A stretch of DNA of 63,101 nt, the filler included, from Octopus bimaculoides (lineage: Eukaryota): the NCBI RefSeq assembly GCF_001194135.2. It is 5 parts of 5 records of this genome, joined end to end, with 100 filler letters (N's around TTAATTAATTAA, not from the genome) between each part and the next. Parts side by side here need not be neighbours in the genome. Positions count along the whole stretch, not along the records: positions 48,878 to 61,515 come from NW_026331553.1; positions 61,616 to 63,101 come from NC_068994.1; 3 more parts are not named here. The stretch is one strand, 5' to 3'. Numbering within the stretch: position 1 is the stretch's first letter; each line of letters opens with the position of its first letter. This document shows positions 51,532-63,101 of this stretch, piece after piece. A program made the position numbers and the translations under genes. The notes under the pieces are model-generated. The model was not told the origin of the DNA. It saw only the letters and a program-made list of their open reading frames with translations, and ran no database searches.

Positions 51532-52543
51532 CGGGTTTCTTTCAGTTTCAGTCTAGAAAGTCCACTCACAAGGTTTGGTGGGTAAAGTATAGGATACTTG
51601 GCCGAGGTGCTACGCAGTGGGACTGAACCTAGAACCATGTGACTTGGAAGCAAACCTCTTACCATACAGTCACAATGCAAAAACACTCTGCAAACTACGA
51701 TAGTCTATAATATAGAAATAAAATTAGGAAATTTATTCTTTCTGTGCAGCCTGATACCAAATGATTCACGGCCCGATGCTGGTCTGTGTCCCGGAAATGG
51801 TCTGCGGTCCCGTACTGGTATGTATGTATGTATGTATGTATGTATGTATGTATGTATGTATGTATGTATGTGTATATGTATGTATGTATGTATGTATGGT
51901 GAATGTATTTATATAGGTATGTAAGCATCTATGAACGTACGTACGTATTTATGTATGTACGCATGTACACACGTATGTATATATGCGTGTATGTATGCAT
52001 GCATGTATGTATGTATGTATGTATGCATGAATGTATATAGGCATATATGCATTATGTATGCATGTATGTTACTACGTACATATTTATGCATGTACGTATG
52101 TACGCGCGTATGTATGAATGTATATATGTTTGTATGTATGTATGTATGCATGCATACATTTATGTATGTATGTATCTATGTATGCATGCTTCAAATTCAA
52201 ATAACATTACGTCTGATGACGTCAAGTAATAGGTACATGCAACGCATAGAGCTAAGGTTGATTTGCTGCCTAAACTCCACTTTGAATTGCTATCGTAAAA
52301 TCATGGATGTTAGAGCTGCTTAATAAAAATTGGTCACATGCTTTTGTTTCAATGGAGCATGTACGTGTATTACAGAATAAATGTGGAAACAAGCAAAAAC
52401 TGGCATCAGGTAAGACGATGCCGTATATATATTTAGACATTGACGCAACATGATGGTAGAATTGAACGTTACAGGGGTTTAGATCACAAGAGCCGATGAA
52501 AGATCTAAGGAATTTTCGTAATGGTTAAGGTATATGCTAGTAA

Positions 52544-52745
52544 GGACGAATGGCCTAGTGGTTAGGGTGTTGCACTCACGATCACGAGATTGTGGTTTCA
52601 ATTTCTAGACTGGGTGGAGCGTTGTGTTCCTAAGCAAAACACTTCTTCTCGCGTTGCTCTGCGATCACTTCGACATCTAACATGTAGCACGCCGTGCACC
52701 TGTTTAGGTAACGTCGATTTGATGGAGAAAGTCGGTAAATGTACA
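52544..52745 (+). mobile_element. tRNA-headed SINE
   Basis: A box TGGCCTAGTGG, degenerate B box GGTTTCAATTTC, then GTGTTCCTAAGCAAAACACTT domain; no tRNA acceptor-stem closure. Confidence 0.75.
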
Positions 52746-53120
52746 GTACGTACCTTTGATCACTATAAACAAATCATTAGTGAAGGTCGTTCGGCAAAAG
52801 CTGAACACTCAAATGTCGTCTTTGAGGAGAGCCCATCATATGTTAGTAATCTCCCAGAACAGTTATAACGTAAGTCCGAATAAGTCCGAACACACAGTCA
52901 CTGATTTTGCAGCATGCAAAAATGCTAGTTTTAAAATTTCTCTAAAATTAACGCACAAGTAATATTCATAGCCACTTCAACAAGGCTGTCTGTTCGAACG
53001 GACTCTACTGCGATTTTTTTAACCCCAAGAAAACATCTCGTCTATCTGGTTAACGATGCAGAGCTGCATCCGATAAATTGCAAGCAGAGGAGCGAACCCC
53101 TATCATTTTCTAACGACGGG

Positions 53121-53195
53121 GCCAGTATACCAGTCCTGGTTTCGGGTTATTTCTGCTACACTTCACTACTGGATACCTCATCCGCTAGAAATGGC
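53121..53195 (-). ncRNA. Degenerate hammerhead-like motif
   Basis: Minus CGGATGA-GGT...ACCC-GAAA-CCA[GGAC]TGG-TA-tactggc; U4 to G, stems I and II imperfect. Confidence 0.35.
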
Positions 53196-54929
53196 AGTAG
53201 CTCGCTTCTGCTCGCAATATATATTTCAAGCGGACACACACATACATATGTATATATGAATATAAATATATATAATAATATTAGGGACAAAATCTAAAAT
53301 TACAGGTAAAAACTCAATTAAAATCAATTTATAAAAAATCAAAATTAAATTGACCTTTATAGATAAAATATATATAAAATATATAGTTTTAGGGAAAATA
53401 ACCCTATTATTATTATTATCTTTATCTTATGATATTTACTTTGTTTTATTTTATACTCATTTATTGTGCTTTTAATTGTTATTTTTTCTATGTGTGATAG
53501 TGGATTTTCATCGATGAGTTCTTGAAACTTGGTTATTTTCCCTAAAACTATATATATATTTTATAAATATATATATATACACATACACACATATATATAT
53601 ATATATACACACCACAAAGCAGGAATCAAGAAAATGTTTGGGTATTATTTAACCACAGTTACATATATTTTATTTGTTAATAGGAATTTCTAATCGGAAA
53701 TTTCTTACATGTTTATCCAACGTGTACAATTTTTTTATTCATATTAGCGAATGCACCATGTGTAATTGTGTATAAATAATACCCCAAAATTTTTCTGATA
53801 TCTATTTTGTTATATAATAACACTATGAGCAATACTTCCAGAATGTTTAGCTCCAATATGTACCTTACATCAATACAACAATGACAATAACTACATACTG
53901 GATTGCAATATCGGAATTAGCAGATGTGCTTCAAGAGGACACAGCTTTGGATTTTTCTCTCTTATTATATGTGTGTGTGTGTGTATGCAAGGGTCCGGGA
54001 ACAGGGGGTGCATGCGGTGCTCTTGCACCCCCTAAAGTTTTTAGGGGTTGCAAAATCAAAATTTGCACCCCCTACATACTTTGTCAGGTTTAGAAAATAG
54101 TGTCTAAAAATTGATCTGTAAAAAGTTGCTTGAAGTTAGGTTAACAAAATAAGAACAAAGTGACAAAAATAAATAAATAGAAAGTCCGAAATGTTTACTA
54201 ATGAACCCGGTCATAAAATTCCCAAGGGAATTCTCCATAATGAAAACCCTTCACTGTCTAGCTCTCCACATTCTTCATTTTCTCTTAATACTACAACTGA
54301 CCCATCATCATCATCATCATCATCATTGCCATACTATTCAACTGCTACAACCATAACCACTACTAGTATCAGGCCTTTCATCCCACCACTGTCCGCCTCA
54401 ATTTGAATGTCTACCTCACAGATCCAGGATAAATCTGGCAACTATAAATAATGTATAATCTATAAACCCATGATATCCCCAAATGTTGTGTCGACGACCC
54501 CAGGCGAAGAAGTAGAATCTCCCAAGACATATAGATAGAGATAGTCTGGCCGTGGTAGGTGTGCTGAGTAGCAGTCGAGTAGCAGTCGAGTAGCAGTTGT
54601 GTAGCGGTTGAGTAGAGATCATCCGAAGGTCCTAGATAGCAGTAGCGTTGAGACATAACACCAAAATATGCCAGTTTTCTCAATGCAAGAGACTATGCAT
54701 ACACAGTAACTGCAAATTTACTCATTTACCTGGGACAAAACACTCCATTCGTACAAGTAACACCAGCCATGGCCAAAACACACTTCTTACGCTGCCGCTT
54801 TAGTCACCGCCACACTCCCTCCACCCACCACTTGTATGTGGTTTTGCAAATGGCTACCTTCTGTGCAATTTTTTATATACAGGTTGTCTACTTCACTCTG
54901 TGTGTGCATACATACGTATATACATATAA

Positions 54930-54964
<35 letters not shown>

Positions 54965-55011
54965 NNNNNNNNNNNNNNNNNNNNNNNNNNNNNNNNNNNN
55001 NNNNNNNNNNN

Positions 55012-55050
<39 letters not shown>

Positions 55051-55160
55051 CACACATGCATACATGCATGCATACATACATGCATGCATACATACATACA
55101 TACATACATACATACATGCATGCATACATACATGCATACATACATACATACATACATGCA

Positions 55161-55213
<53 letters not shown>

Positions 55214-55248
55214 CTTAGCTGCTTTCTGGTATACGAGTAAAGCCATTG

Positions 55249-56420
55249 CTAGAAAAAGTCATTGAAATGAGTCAATGTTGATGCAATTTGAAGCCCTTGT
55301 ATGACTCTTGAGCCCGGAGAAAGTTTTTGCACATTGTTACATAATGCACAGCTGTGCTGACTGGCAGAAGGAATAGGTGCCACAGTATCAACTCTTTTGA
55401 CATGCCTTTTCAATCCTCCAACCGAGAGGCACACCTTTCCACGTGTTGCACATATTTTGGTGTGAACAATAGCCATGTCACAGTTTACCATGGTTCGATT
55501 CCTGTGAGTTCTCTGATGGCTGACCAGGCCCACACGACTCAAGCACCTCCTCCCACAAACCACACCCACGAAACTCAACACTCCCTCATTTTCCACAGGT
55601 TCATTCCTTCTAAGCCTTTTCCTAATCTTCTTGTCTTTATTCTCTCTCTTTCAAACCTCGAACAACCACTGTGCACCTCTTTCCTCCATCGAACTCGGTC
55701 TTATACCTCTCTCTCCCAATCAACGAAGGAAATTCCTGTGTGTGTCAGAGCAATTCTGAGGCATTCCTTGAACCTTATTTTGGGTTTATATGCTGGTTTC
55801 CTACCATCTTCCAGCTCACCATAGAAAAGATGCTTGAGAAGTATTCATCATTCATTCTGACCAAATGTCCACCCCACCTCAAACGACTTTGCAGAATCAT
55901 TGATTCTACACTTCTACTACCACTTCTCTCAAGTACTTCCACATCACTGATGGCCATTTTCCAATTTATCCCAAGAATTTTTCTAAGACAATATTGATGA
56001 TATCGTTTCAAATGCCATAAATACCTACGATAAACAACCCATGTCTCACTACCATGTAGCAAAGGTGGCAGGACACGTGTTATGAACCCCAACCTCAATT
56101 TGGAAAGAGATGTCTGTAAAGCCTACCAAAGGCACTACTACCAGCCTTGGTGATTTTATATGAAATTTCATCAAGACCAGCAGTGCTCAAAGTACTTCCT
56201 AAATAAATGAATTTAGTTACAACCTCTAACCTTTGAACATTCACACTTATAAAAGGTGCCACATAAAGCTTAGTGGGAGTAGGCTTGTACATTAGAACAG
56301 TTTTTTTCAAGTTGGTTGTAAGGCCCAATGCTGTACATGCTGCAGTGATCGCATTCATCATGTGTTGCATATCTTCCAGGGAATGTACAAACATGTCACA
56401 ATCATCTGCATACAAAAACT
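55249..56420 (-). mobile_element. 5'-truncated RTE-clade LINE with C-terminal zinc-finger remnants
   Basis: YADDCDMF, KFIYLGSTLS, VLPPLLHGSETW, RLRWGGHLVRM, CGRRCLSRVGLVSHQRTH. Confidence 0.92.
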
Positions 56421-56484
56421 CAATGATGTGAGAATGAAGAACTTTCGTTTTGGCACAAAGACCTTTGAGGTTGAAAATTATGTT

Positions 56485-57024
56485 CCCGCTTATTCTAATT
56501 TTTCCATATACTTGAAGCTACGAAAATGGTGATCTTTAATTGCTGTTAATGTGTAATATACTGAACACCACAAACGTACACCGTCTGTTGTTATAAGAGG
56601 GATTCACTTATTTCTAATAAAAAATATCGTGACCATAATTGATTACGCAGCACTTCAACAATGGAGGTGGTCACATGTTGGTGTGTTGAGAACAGCAACC
56701 GCTGCTCTCCATATATTTGTTACGGCTGTGGCGATACTTCATTGTCGCTGATATGACGAATACCACAACAGAAAGAGAAAGCAATAACCTCAGAGTCTTT
56801 GGTCCATCTTATAAGATAGCCTTGCGTGGTTATCTTAGATTATAAGAAATAAGAAGGAGTTGCGCGCTCCCGCTTATATCGCAAGGTTATTTTAGAATAT
56901 AAAAATGAGCTGTGCACTCAAAAGCTGTGCCCTCTAGTGTCTCAAACAAAATATACCCTGTGGTAAGAGAAAGTCTTAAACCATTCTGTTTGTATGAGAG
57001 TGCAAAAGATTGTCAAAGTTGCTG
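56485..57024. repeat. Diverged direct repeat, copy 1 (copy 2 at 61008-61515)
   Basis: Colinear over about 520 bp, roughly 75% by eye; no shared intact ORF. Confidence 0.85.
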
Positions 57025-60000
57025 AAGATCCCTCCGGAGGGCAAAGTACCTTATAACTCGTTGCGTGTAGATGTTTGTCAAATGTTCATCCTGCACCATC
57101 TCTTGTAACCCAGATAGAGAGTATGTTTTCTTTTTTACTTTCTATATGCACTACTTGGTGCTCTGTGGTTGGTGGCTGTAGAGAGGAAGGTTACTTGTTT
57201 CTTCTATGTCTCGTATGAAAGTGTAGCGAATGTTATGTTTATTATTTAGCTGTCTAGACTTAGATAGCTGCCAGTTGACGTATTTTGCATGTTTTCTACA
57301 AGTGGTCAATGACCATACCCATTCATGCTGATTTGATGCTTCAAGTCATCGAATCAGACCGCTTGCCAGACCAGCAAATGTGTAGTCTGTTTTGAGACTA
57401 CAGATAGTTATAAATAAGTAATTTCTATGATATAGCCAGAGAGGAGAGAATTATCGCCAGAGATGTTTGACGCCCTGCTTTGTGTTTATCCCGCGTATAT
57501 CACCATGCACATGCTGCACTGGAAACCAATATATTTTTGTTAACAGAATTATTCATGTTGAATCAGTTTGCTGTATCATCGATTGGGGTAGAAATAAATG
57601 TGATGGCCAATTTTAATCAAATTTTTAGTATTCCTTGATGCTCCTTATCATGACTTTTTTCAACAAGAAAATTATAATATTACCAGGGCCGTAGCCACAT
57701 TTCCCTTTTCACCAGCTAAAAAGGAAGAATGAACATGCATCTAAACATACATACACATATTTAATGTCTATATTATATTGTGAGTCCCTTGATTTTGCTA
57801 GTTTTTGACAAACATTGTTGCTTATGCTGTGGTCTGTCCTAAATCACTTTCCATACCAAGCAAACATGGTAGGGTCGCCAGTCTAGTCGCCGACAAACAG
57901 ATCCTGCATCAGTTTACAAGGTACCAGTAGCGCTCCCAAACGAACTATTTAAACATAATTCAAATGTACAGAAAATAAGACAGAGACATGTGTGGCAACA
58001 ATATTTACCTTAGAAAGTATATCAAAGAAAAGAGATTGGTTGAATTTACGATCAAATAGGTGGGTTTTTATATTACTGAGACACACAGTGATTTCATGTT
58101 CCTCATTTTGAATAGTTTAAGTACCAAAGGTCCCTGCCTTACTGCATAGGATTGGAAGTAAGAAACTTCGGACAATTTAAATGAACTTAAGTTTATGGAC
58201 AAAATTAACTTCAAGAAAGCCCACAACCAAGTTTGCGTGTGCGCGCGTCTGTGTATGTGCGCGAGCGTGCGTGTATTTGACAAAGAGGGAGAGAGAGAGA
58301 GAGTAACAGTACATGAACAATATTCTTAGTCCCAAAAATATTGTACACATAACCAAAGCCGTATTGTCAAATAGCGTTTGCAGCTATAGTGAAGATATGA
58401 AAACTATCGAACAATTAATGAAGCAACTACTTTACTTTATTAGAGACTAGATTAAAAGCCGCACTTTGTGCCGACTTTTGAGATAGCTCCTGCGGAGGAC
58501 TAGCTTGGCCTGCAGTACAAAACTAAGAAGAGACAAATAGCATAGCCATATATCTATAATGATTATATGCCCCGCTTGTGTTTGATAAGATGTTAAGGAT
58601 GGATGAGGAATAATTCTCTAATGCAATCATTGGACGTAAAATTAATGAAGCGAATGTCATTTATCTCCCCCTTTATTTCTGACGTGATCTGACAAACGGC
58701 TAAGAAATGGCGTAAATATGACAACTTTACCTGGTAGAAGTTACAACTCAAATGCTTTCGAATCAGATCTCAATACTAGATGTTCAAAAACCGACTGACA
58801 GGCAGATTTTCAATTCCGGGATCATTCTCATTCCAAAAAAGTATAATATGTCTAAGTAGAAGAAATGTAGACAGAGATAGAGGGGACGCAGACAAACAGA
58901 ATTTTGCCTTCATTATAATCAAAATATCAAAAAAATATTATCAAACGTTTTAATAGCAGCAAACTTGTGTTTTATTTAAACACTTACCGATTTATAACCC
59001 TAATCTCTACATCTACCTGTGGACTATGTTGAGTAACCATTATTCATGTTAATAAGACGGTGAGCGGCAGATTGGTTAGCACGCCGGCGGCATTTCGTCC
59101 ACGTTTGCAATCTGATTTCAAATTCCATATATACTGACACACAAAGAATATATATCCACAAAATGGAACTTGAAATTTTGAAAATAAATTGGGATCTATG
59201 TCAGTACATATGTGTGCGCGACCTGTATTTTTTTCGCATTAAATTCCGATATAGTCGTAATGTATGCTAACGGAGAGATATTTGTAGAATATTACCTACC
59301 AGTGATCTCATATGAGATCACTAAAATATTACAAATTTCGTAATTATCTGCCAATATTTACACATATCTAAACTTTTTGCTATATCTACTAGGTATATTT
59401 CTCTGATATTCAAATGAGGTTTGCTAATTTTTCACACAATATCTCGCTTATTTCTAATTAAAATGTTATTTTGATCATTCCAGTTAATAGAATTATGGTA
59501 GGTAATGGGTTAAACGATATCCATTTTTTTTCAAAGTTGTGAGGAAACAATTGTGTGGAGGGCACACCTGTGAGGGTCTGCTCAAAATATCCCCACAAAC
59601 ACCAAAAACAAGGTGAAGATGACTCTGACTTCACTCTAGTCTTCAGGTGTCCGGGTACGTCCCCCGACGCACACATTCCCTAGCCTCTAATCACCGCGAA
59701 AGGTTGAAAGAGACTGAATGTTATTTGAAAGGAAGGTCTTGGAGAAAACGTTTCCGATATTGTGACGTCATAATGACAATATGAAGAAATATAGAAATCT
59801 GTGGACTAGACGATAAATTCTTGAATGAATTTCACACAAAGACGCTATACGCGCACGCGCAGAATAGCACACACACGCGCAGAATAGCACACACACGCAT
59901 GTACACAAACAAATATTCATATATATGATATATGCATTACATAAATGTGTGTGTATTTGTGTATATGTGTGTGTGCGTGTGTTTGTGAAGATGTGTGTGT

Positions 60001-60084
60001 GTGTGTGTGTGTATGTGTGCGTGTGTGCGTGTGTGTGTGTATGCGTGTACTTATCTGTCTATCAACATATGCAAATATATAGGC

Positions 60085-60525
60085 GCTGAGCAGGCAGAAT
60101 CTTTAGCACGCCGGCCAAAATGCTTTGCGGCATTTCGTCCGTCTTCATCGTGAGTTCAAATTCCGCTGAGGTCTACATTGCTTTTCATCCTTTCCGGGTC
60201 GATAAAATAAATACCAATTGAGCACTGGGGTCGACGTAATGGACTTGCCCCCTCTCCGGGAATTATTGGCCATCTCTCGAAAATTTGAAATCAATATATA
60301 CAGACTTAGAGACAGCGAGCTGGCAAGATGGTTAGCATGCCGGTTAAAATGCCTCACGGTATTTCGTTCGTCTTTACCTTCTGAGTTCAAAGGCTGCCGG
60401 GATCGACTTTGTCTTTCATTCTTTCAGGGTCAATAACATAAGTCCCAGTTGAACACTGGAGTCGATGAAATCGAGAATCCCCTTCCACCGAAATTGTGGC
60501 CCTTGTGCCTAAATTTAAAACGAAT
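60085..60525 (+). mobile_element. Two tandem SINE copies (GGCGAGCTGGCAGAA family)
   Basis: Heads at 60085 and 60312, each with GAGTTCAAA...CTTTCATCCTTT..GGGTCGATAA. Confidence 0.85.
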
Positions 60526-61786
60526 ATNNNNNNNNNNNNNNNNNNNNNNNNNNNNNNNNNNNNNNNNNNNNNNNNNNNNNNNNNNNNNNNNNNNNNNNNN
60601 NNNNNNNNNNNNNNNNNNNNNNNNNNNNNNNNNNNNNNNNNNNNNNNNNNNNNNNNNNNNNNNNNNNNNNNNNNNNNNNNNNNNNNNNNNNNNNNNNNNN
60701 NNNNNNNNNNNNNNNNNNNNNNNNNNNNNNNNNNNNNNNNNNNNNNNNNNNNNNNNNNNNNNNNNNNNNNNNNNNNNNNNNNNNNNNNNNNNNNNNNNNN
60801 NNNNNNNNNNNNNNNNNNNNNNNNNNNNNNNNNNNNNNNNNNNNNNNNNNNNNNNNNNNNNNNNNNNNNNNNNNNNNNNNNNNNNNNNNNNNNNNNNNNN
60901 NCAACAGAGTAACGTAACTCCAAAAACTATTCGGAAGAACCCCATTTCAGCCGTTTGTATTTGCGATCGTAATCTTTCTGTTATTACCCATGAGGATCAA
61001 AACAGCTCCCGCTTATTCTAATTCTTCCATATACTTGATGCTACAAAAATGGTGATCTTACGTTGCCGTTAATATTTATTACACCGAGCACCACAAGATT
61101 GCGCCGTCTCTGATTATGGGGGGTATTCACTTATTTATAATCAAGAATGATCGTGACAATAATTGATTACACACGATGATGTCACATGATGGTGTGCTGA
61201 GAACTGCGACTACTGCTCTCCATATATGTGTTACGGCTGTGGCGGTACTTCATTATTGCTGATATACCGAATACCACAATGGAAAAAGAAAAGGAAAGCC
61301 TCAGCCTCTTTGATTCACCACATAATATAGCCTTCCGAGGTTATCTTAAATTATAAGGAGTTGTGCGCTCCTTCTTATATCGCAAGGTTATCTCAAAATA
61401 TAAGTTGGAGCTGTGCGTTAAAAAAACTACACGCTCTGGTGTCTCACCACCCTGTGGCAAGTGACAGTCTTGAACCATTCTGTTTGTATGTGAGTGCAAA
61501 AGATTGTTAATGTTGNNNNNNNNNNNNNNNNNNNNNNNNNNNNNNNNNNNNNNNNNNNNTTAATTAATTAANNNNNNNNNNNNNNNNNNNNNNNNNNNNN
61601 NNNNNNNNNNNNNNNATATATATACATATATATATATATACTCCAAGAGAGTTAGGGATTGAGGATTCAACCCATTAAAGGATAGTATCTATCCAATATA
61701 CTGCTGGGAGGGTACCCAATTATTATTACACTACTGTTATATCAAGTGCAATAAGTGGGTGCGGGTAAAATTTATATAGCAATGAG

Positions 61787-62124
61787 AAAATGGAGGAGAA
61801 TATACGGTATCCATCGACTTGCAGACAAAGTACTCCATTGATTAATTTGTTTATTTTATAACTAAATTCACAAAAACCACAATATACAGATACTTATGAC
61901 ATATCATGTCATATTAACAATTAAGGTTACAAATATAAAGGACAGTTAGCAATTGAAGAAGGGGCGTCTTTTATATTTGAAAAACCATAATTATTAATAT
62001 GACATGGTATGTCATAAGTATCTGTATATTGTGTTTTTTGTCAATTTAGTTATAAAATAAACAAATTAATCGGTGGAATACTTTGTCTGCAAGTCGATGG
62101 ATACCGCATATTCTCCTCCATTTT
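61787..62124. repeat. Inverted repeat with about 157-bp arms and 22-nt loop
   Basis: 61787-61943 vs 61966-62124, about 90% identical by eye. Confidence 0.9.
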
Positions 62125-62532
62125 NNNNNNNNNNCACAATAAATGAGTATAATATAAAGTAAAGTAAATATCATAAGATAATAAAAAGATAATAAAAATA
62201 TTACACGTGTAAACAAGGGGAAAACGAATTTGCTATATATATATAGACACACATAGAGGGATACGCATGGCCATATATAGACACATACATTAGGAATACA
62301 AAATACAAAATGGCTGATCGTTAGCAAGGAGGGACACACATATAAGAAAGAAGAAAGCAAAGAAGTGTGACGAAAGAACTGACCGAAATACAATTAATGT
62401 AATATAAAGCTGAAGCAAATTAACACCAAATATATACCGCGTGTGTTTTTAGTAGCTAAACTGGCAACATGACCATCCCCAAATACAACAATATCTGTTT
62501 CAACACACGATTTCACATCAAGAATCTTCCAA

Positions 62533-62601
<69 letters not shown>

Positions 62602-62607
<6 letters not shown>

Positions 62608-62783
62608 GTAAAAATATGTGACACTTATTCGGTAGTCATGATAAAACTTCGAATTTCGAATGCCGGGGTGGGAACCCACGCCAACATCTCTTCAGTTATC
62701 TGGCCATTGAAAATTCCTGTGCATCCGAAATTCGGAGTTTTATCATGGCTTCCGAATAAGTGTCACATATTATTTACAGATAA
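62602..62783. repeat. Inverted repeat (about 60-bp arms, 57-nt loop)
   Basis: TATCTGTAAAAATATGTGACACTTATTCGG..CATGATAAAACTTCGAATTTCGAATGC vs its reverse complement at 62721-62783. Confidence 0.9.
62640..62700 (-). ncRNA. Type I hammerhead ribozyme, long stem II
   Basis: Minus GATAA-CTGAAGA-GATGTTGG C GTGG[GTTC]CCAC C CCGGCATTC-GAAA-TTCGAAG-TT-TTATC: canonical core, 5-bp stem I, 1-nt bulge in stem II, near-palindromic stem III, GUU triplet. Confidence 0.6.
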
Positions 62784-63101
62784 ATTCCTCTATTTACATA
62801 ATATCCAGGTCTCTTTCTTTCTTAGCTATATTTTTGAATAGAACTTATTTTCGATAATTTCAATTGATTTTAATCGATTTAAATTTCTTTTCTATTTGAA
62901 AATTGGTTATGAAACACGTGTAATCTTTTTATTATATTTATCTTATGATATTTACTTTACTTTATATTATACTCATTTATTGTGCTTTTAATTATTAATT
63001 TTTCTATATGTGATAGTGGATTTTCATCGATGAGTTCTTGAAAATTGGTTATTTTCCCTAAAACTATATATTTTATATATACTTTATCTATAAGGCTCAA
63101 T

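Noticed and set aside
52544-52620. tRNA gene (also SINE heads at 32824, 44960 and 45555)
   Set aside because: A/B boxes only, with no cloverleaf closure, continuing into a SINE body.
56488-56720. Coding signature (synonymous-looking changes) or mitochondrial-code ORF in the direct repeats
   Set aside because: The changes fit CpG decay; frames break differently in the two copies; no mitochondrial gene resemblance.
57300-57700. Gypsy RT-like peptide (INTKQG..FSPLWL) on the minus strand
   Set aside because: Only vague similarity, no YxDD, multiple stops.

Overview
Repeat-rich, AT-rich, gappy eukaryotic genomic window. The SINE, LINE and microsatellite repertoire looks like an octopod cephalopod (inference). 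Most listed ORFs are artefacts of N-runs or microsatellites. Well-supported content: one phase-1/1 immunoglobulin-domain exon (13890-14138, +) and a clean 66-nt exon (26014-26079, +). There are also decayed RTE, R4/NeSL-like, Penelope-like (PLE), mariner, Chapaev-like, Helitron and hAT-MITE elements, and dozens of tRNA-derived SINE copies. Four artificial 100-bp N/TTAATTAATTAA/N joins split the window, so adjacency across them is uncertain. The most interesting signal is at least seven type I hammerhead-ribozyme-like motifs, mostly with palindromic stem III. Most sit in PLE tails or long inverted repeats. Two independent copies carry the same non-canonical A3-U8 core (AUGAUUA), which keeps the 3-8 tertiary base pair. 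A speculative 5-exon Ig/hydrophobic-segment/Tyr-motif receptor gene can be chained on the + strand. All alignments, folds and identity estimates were done by eye.
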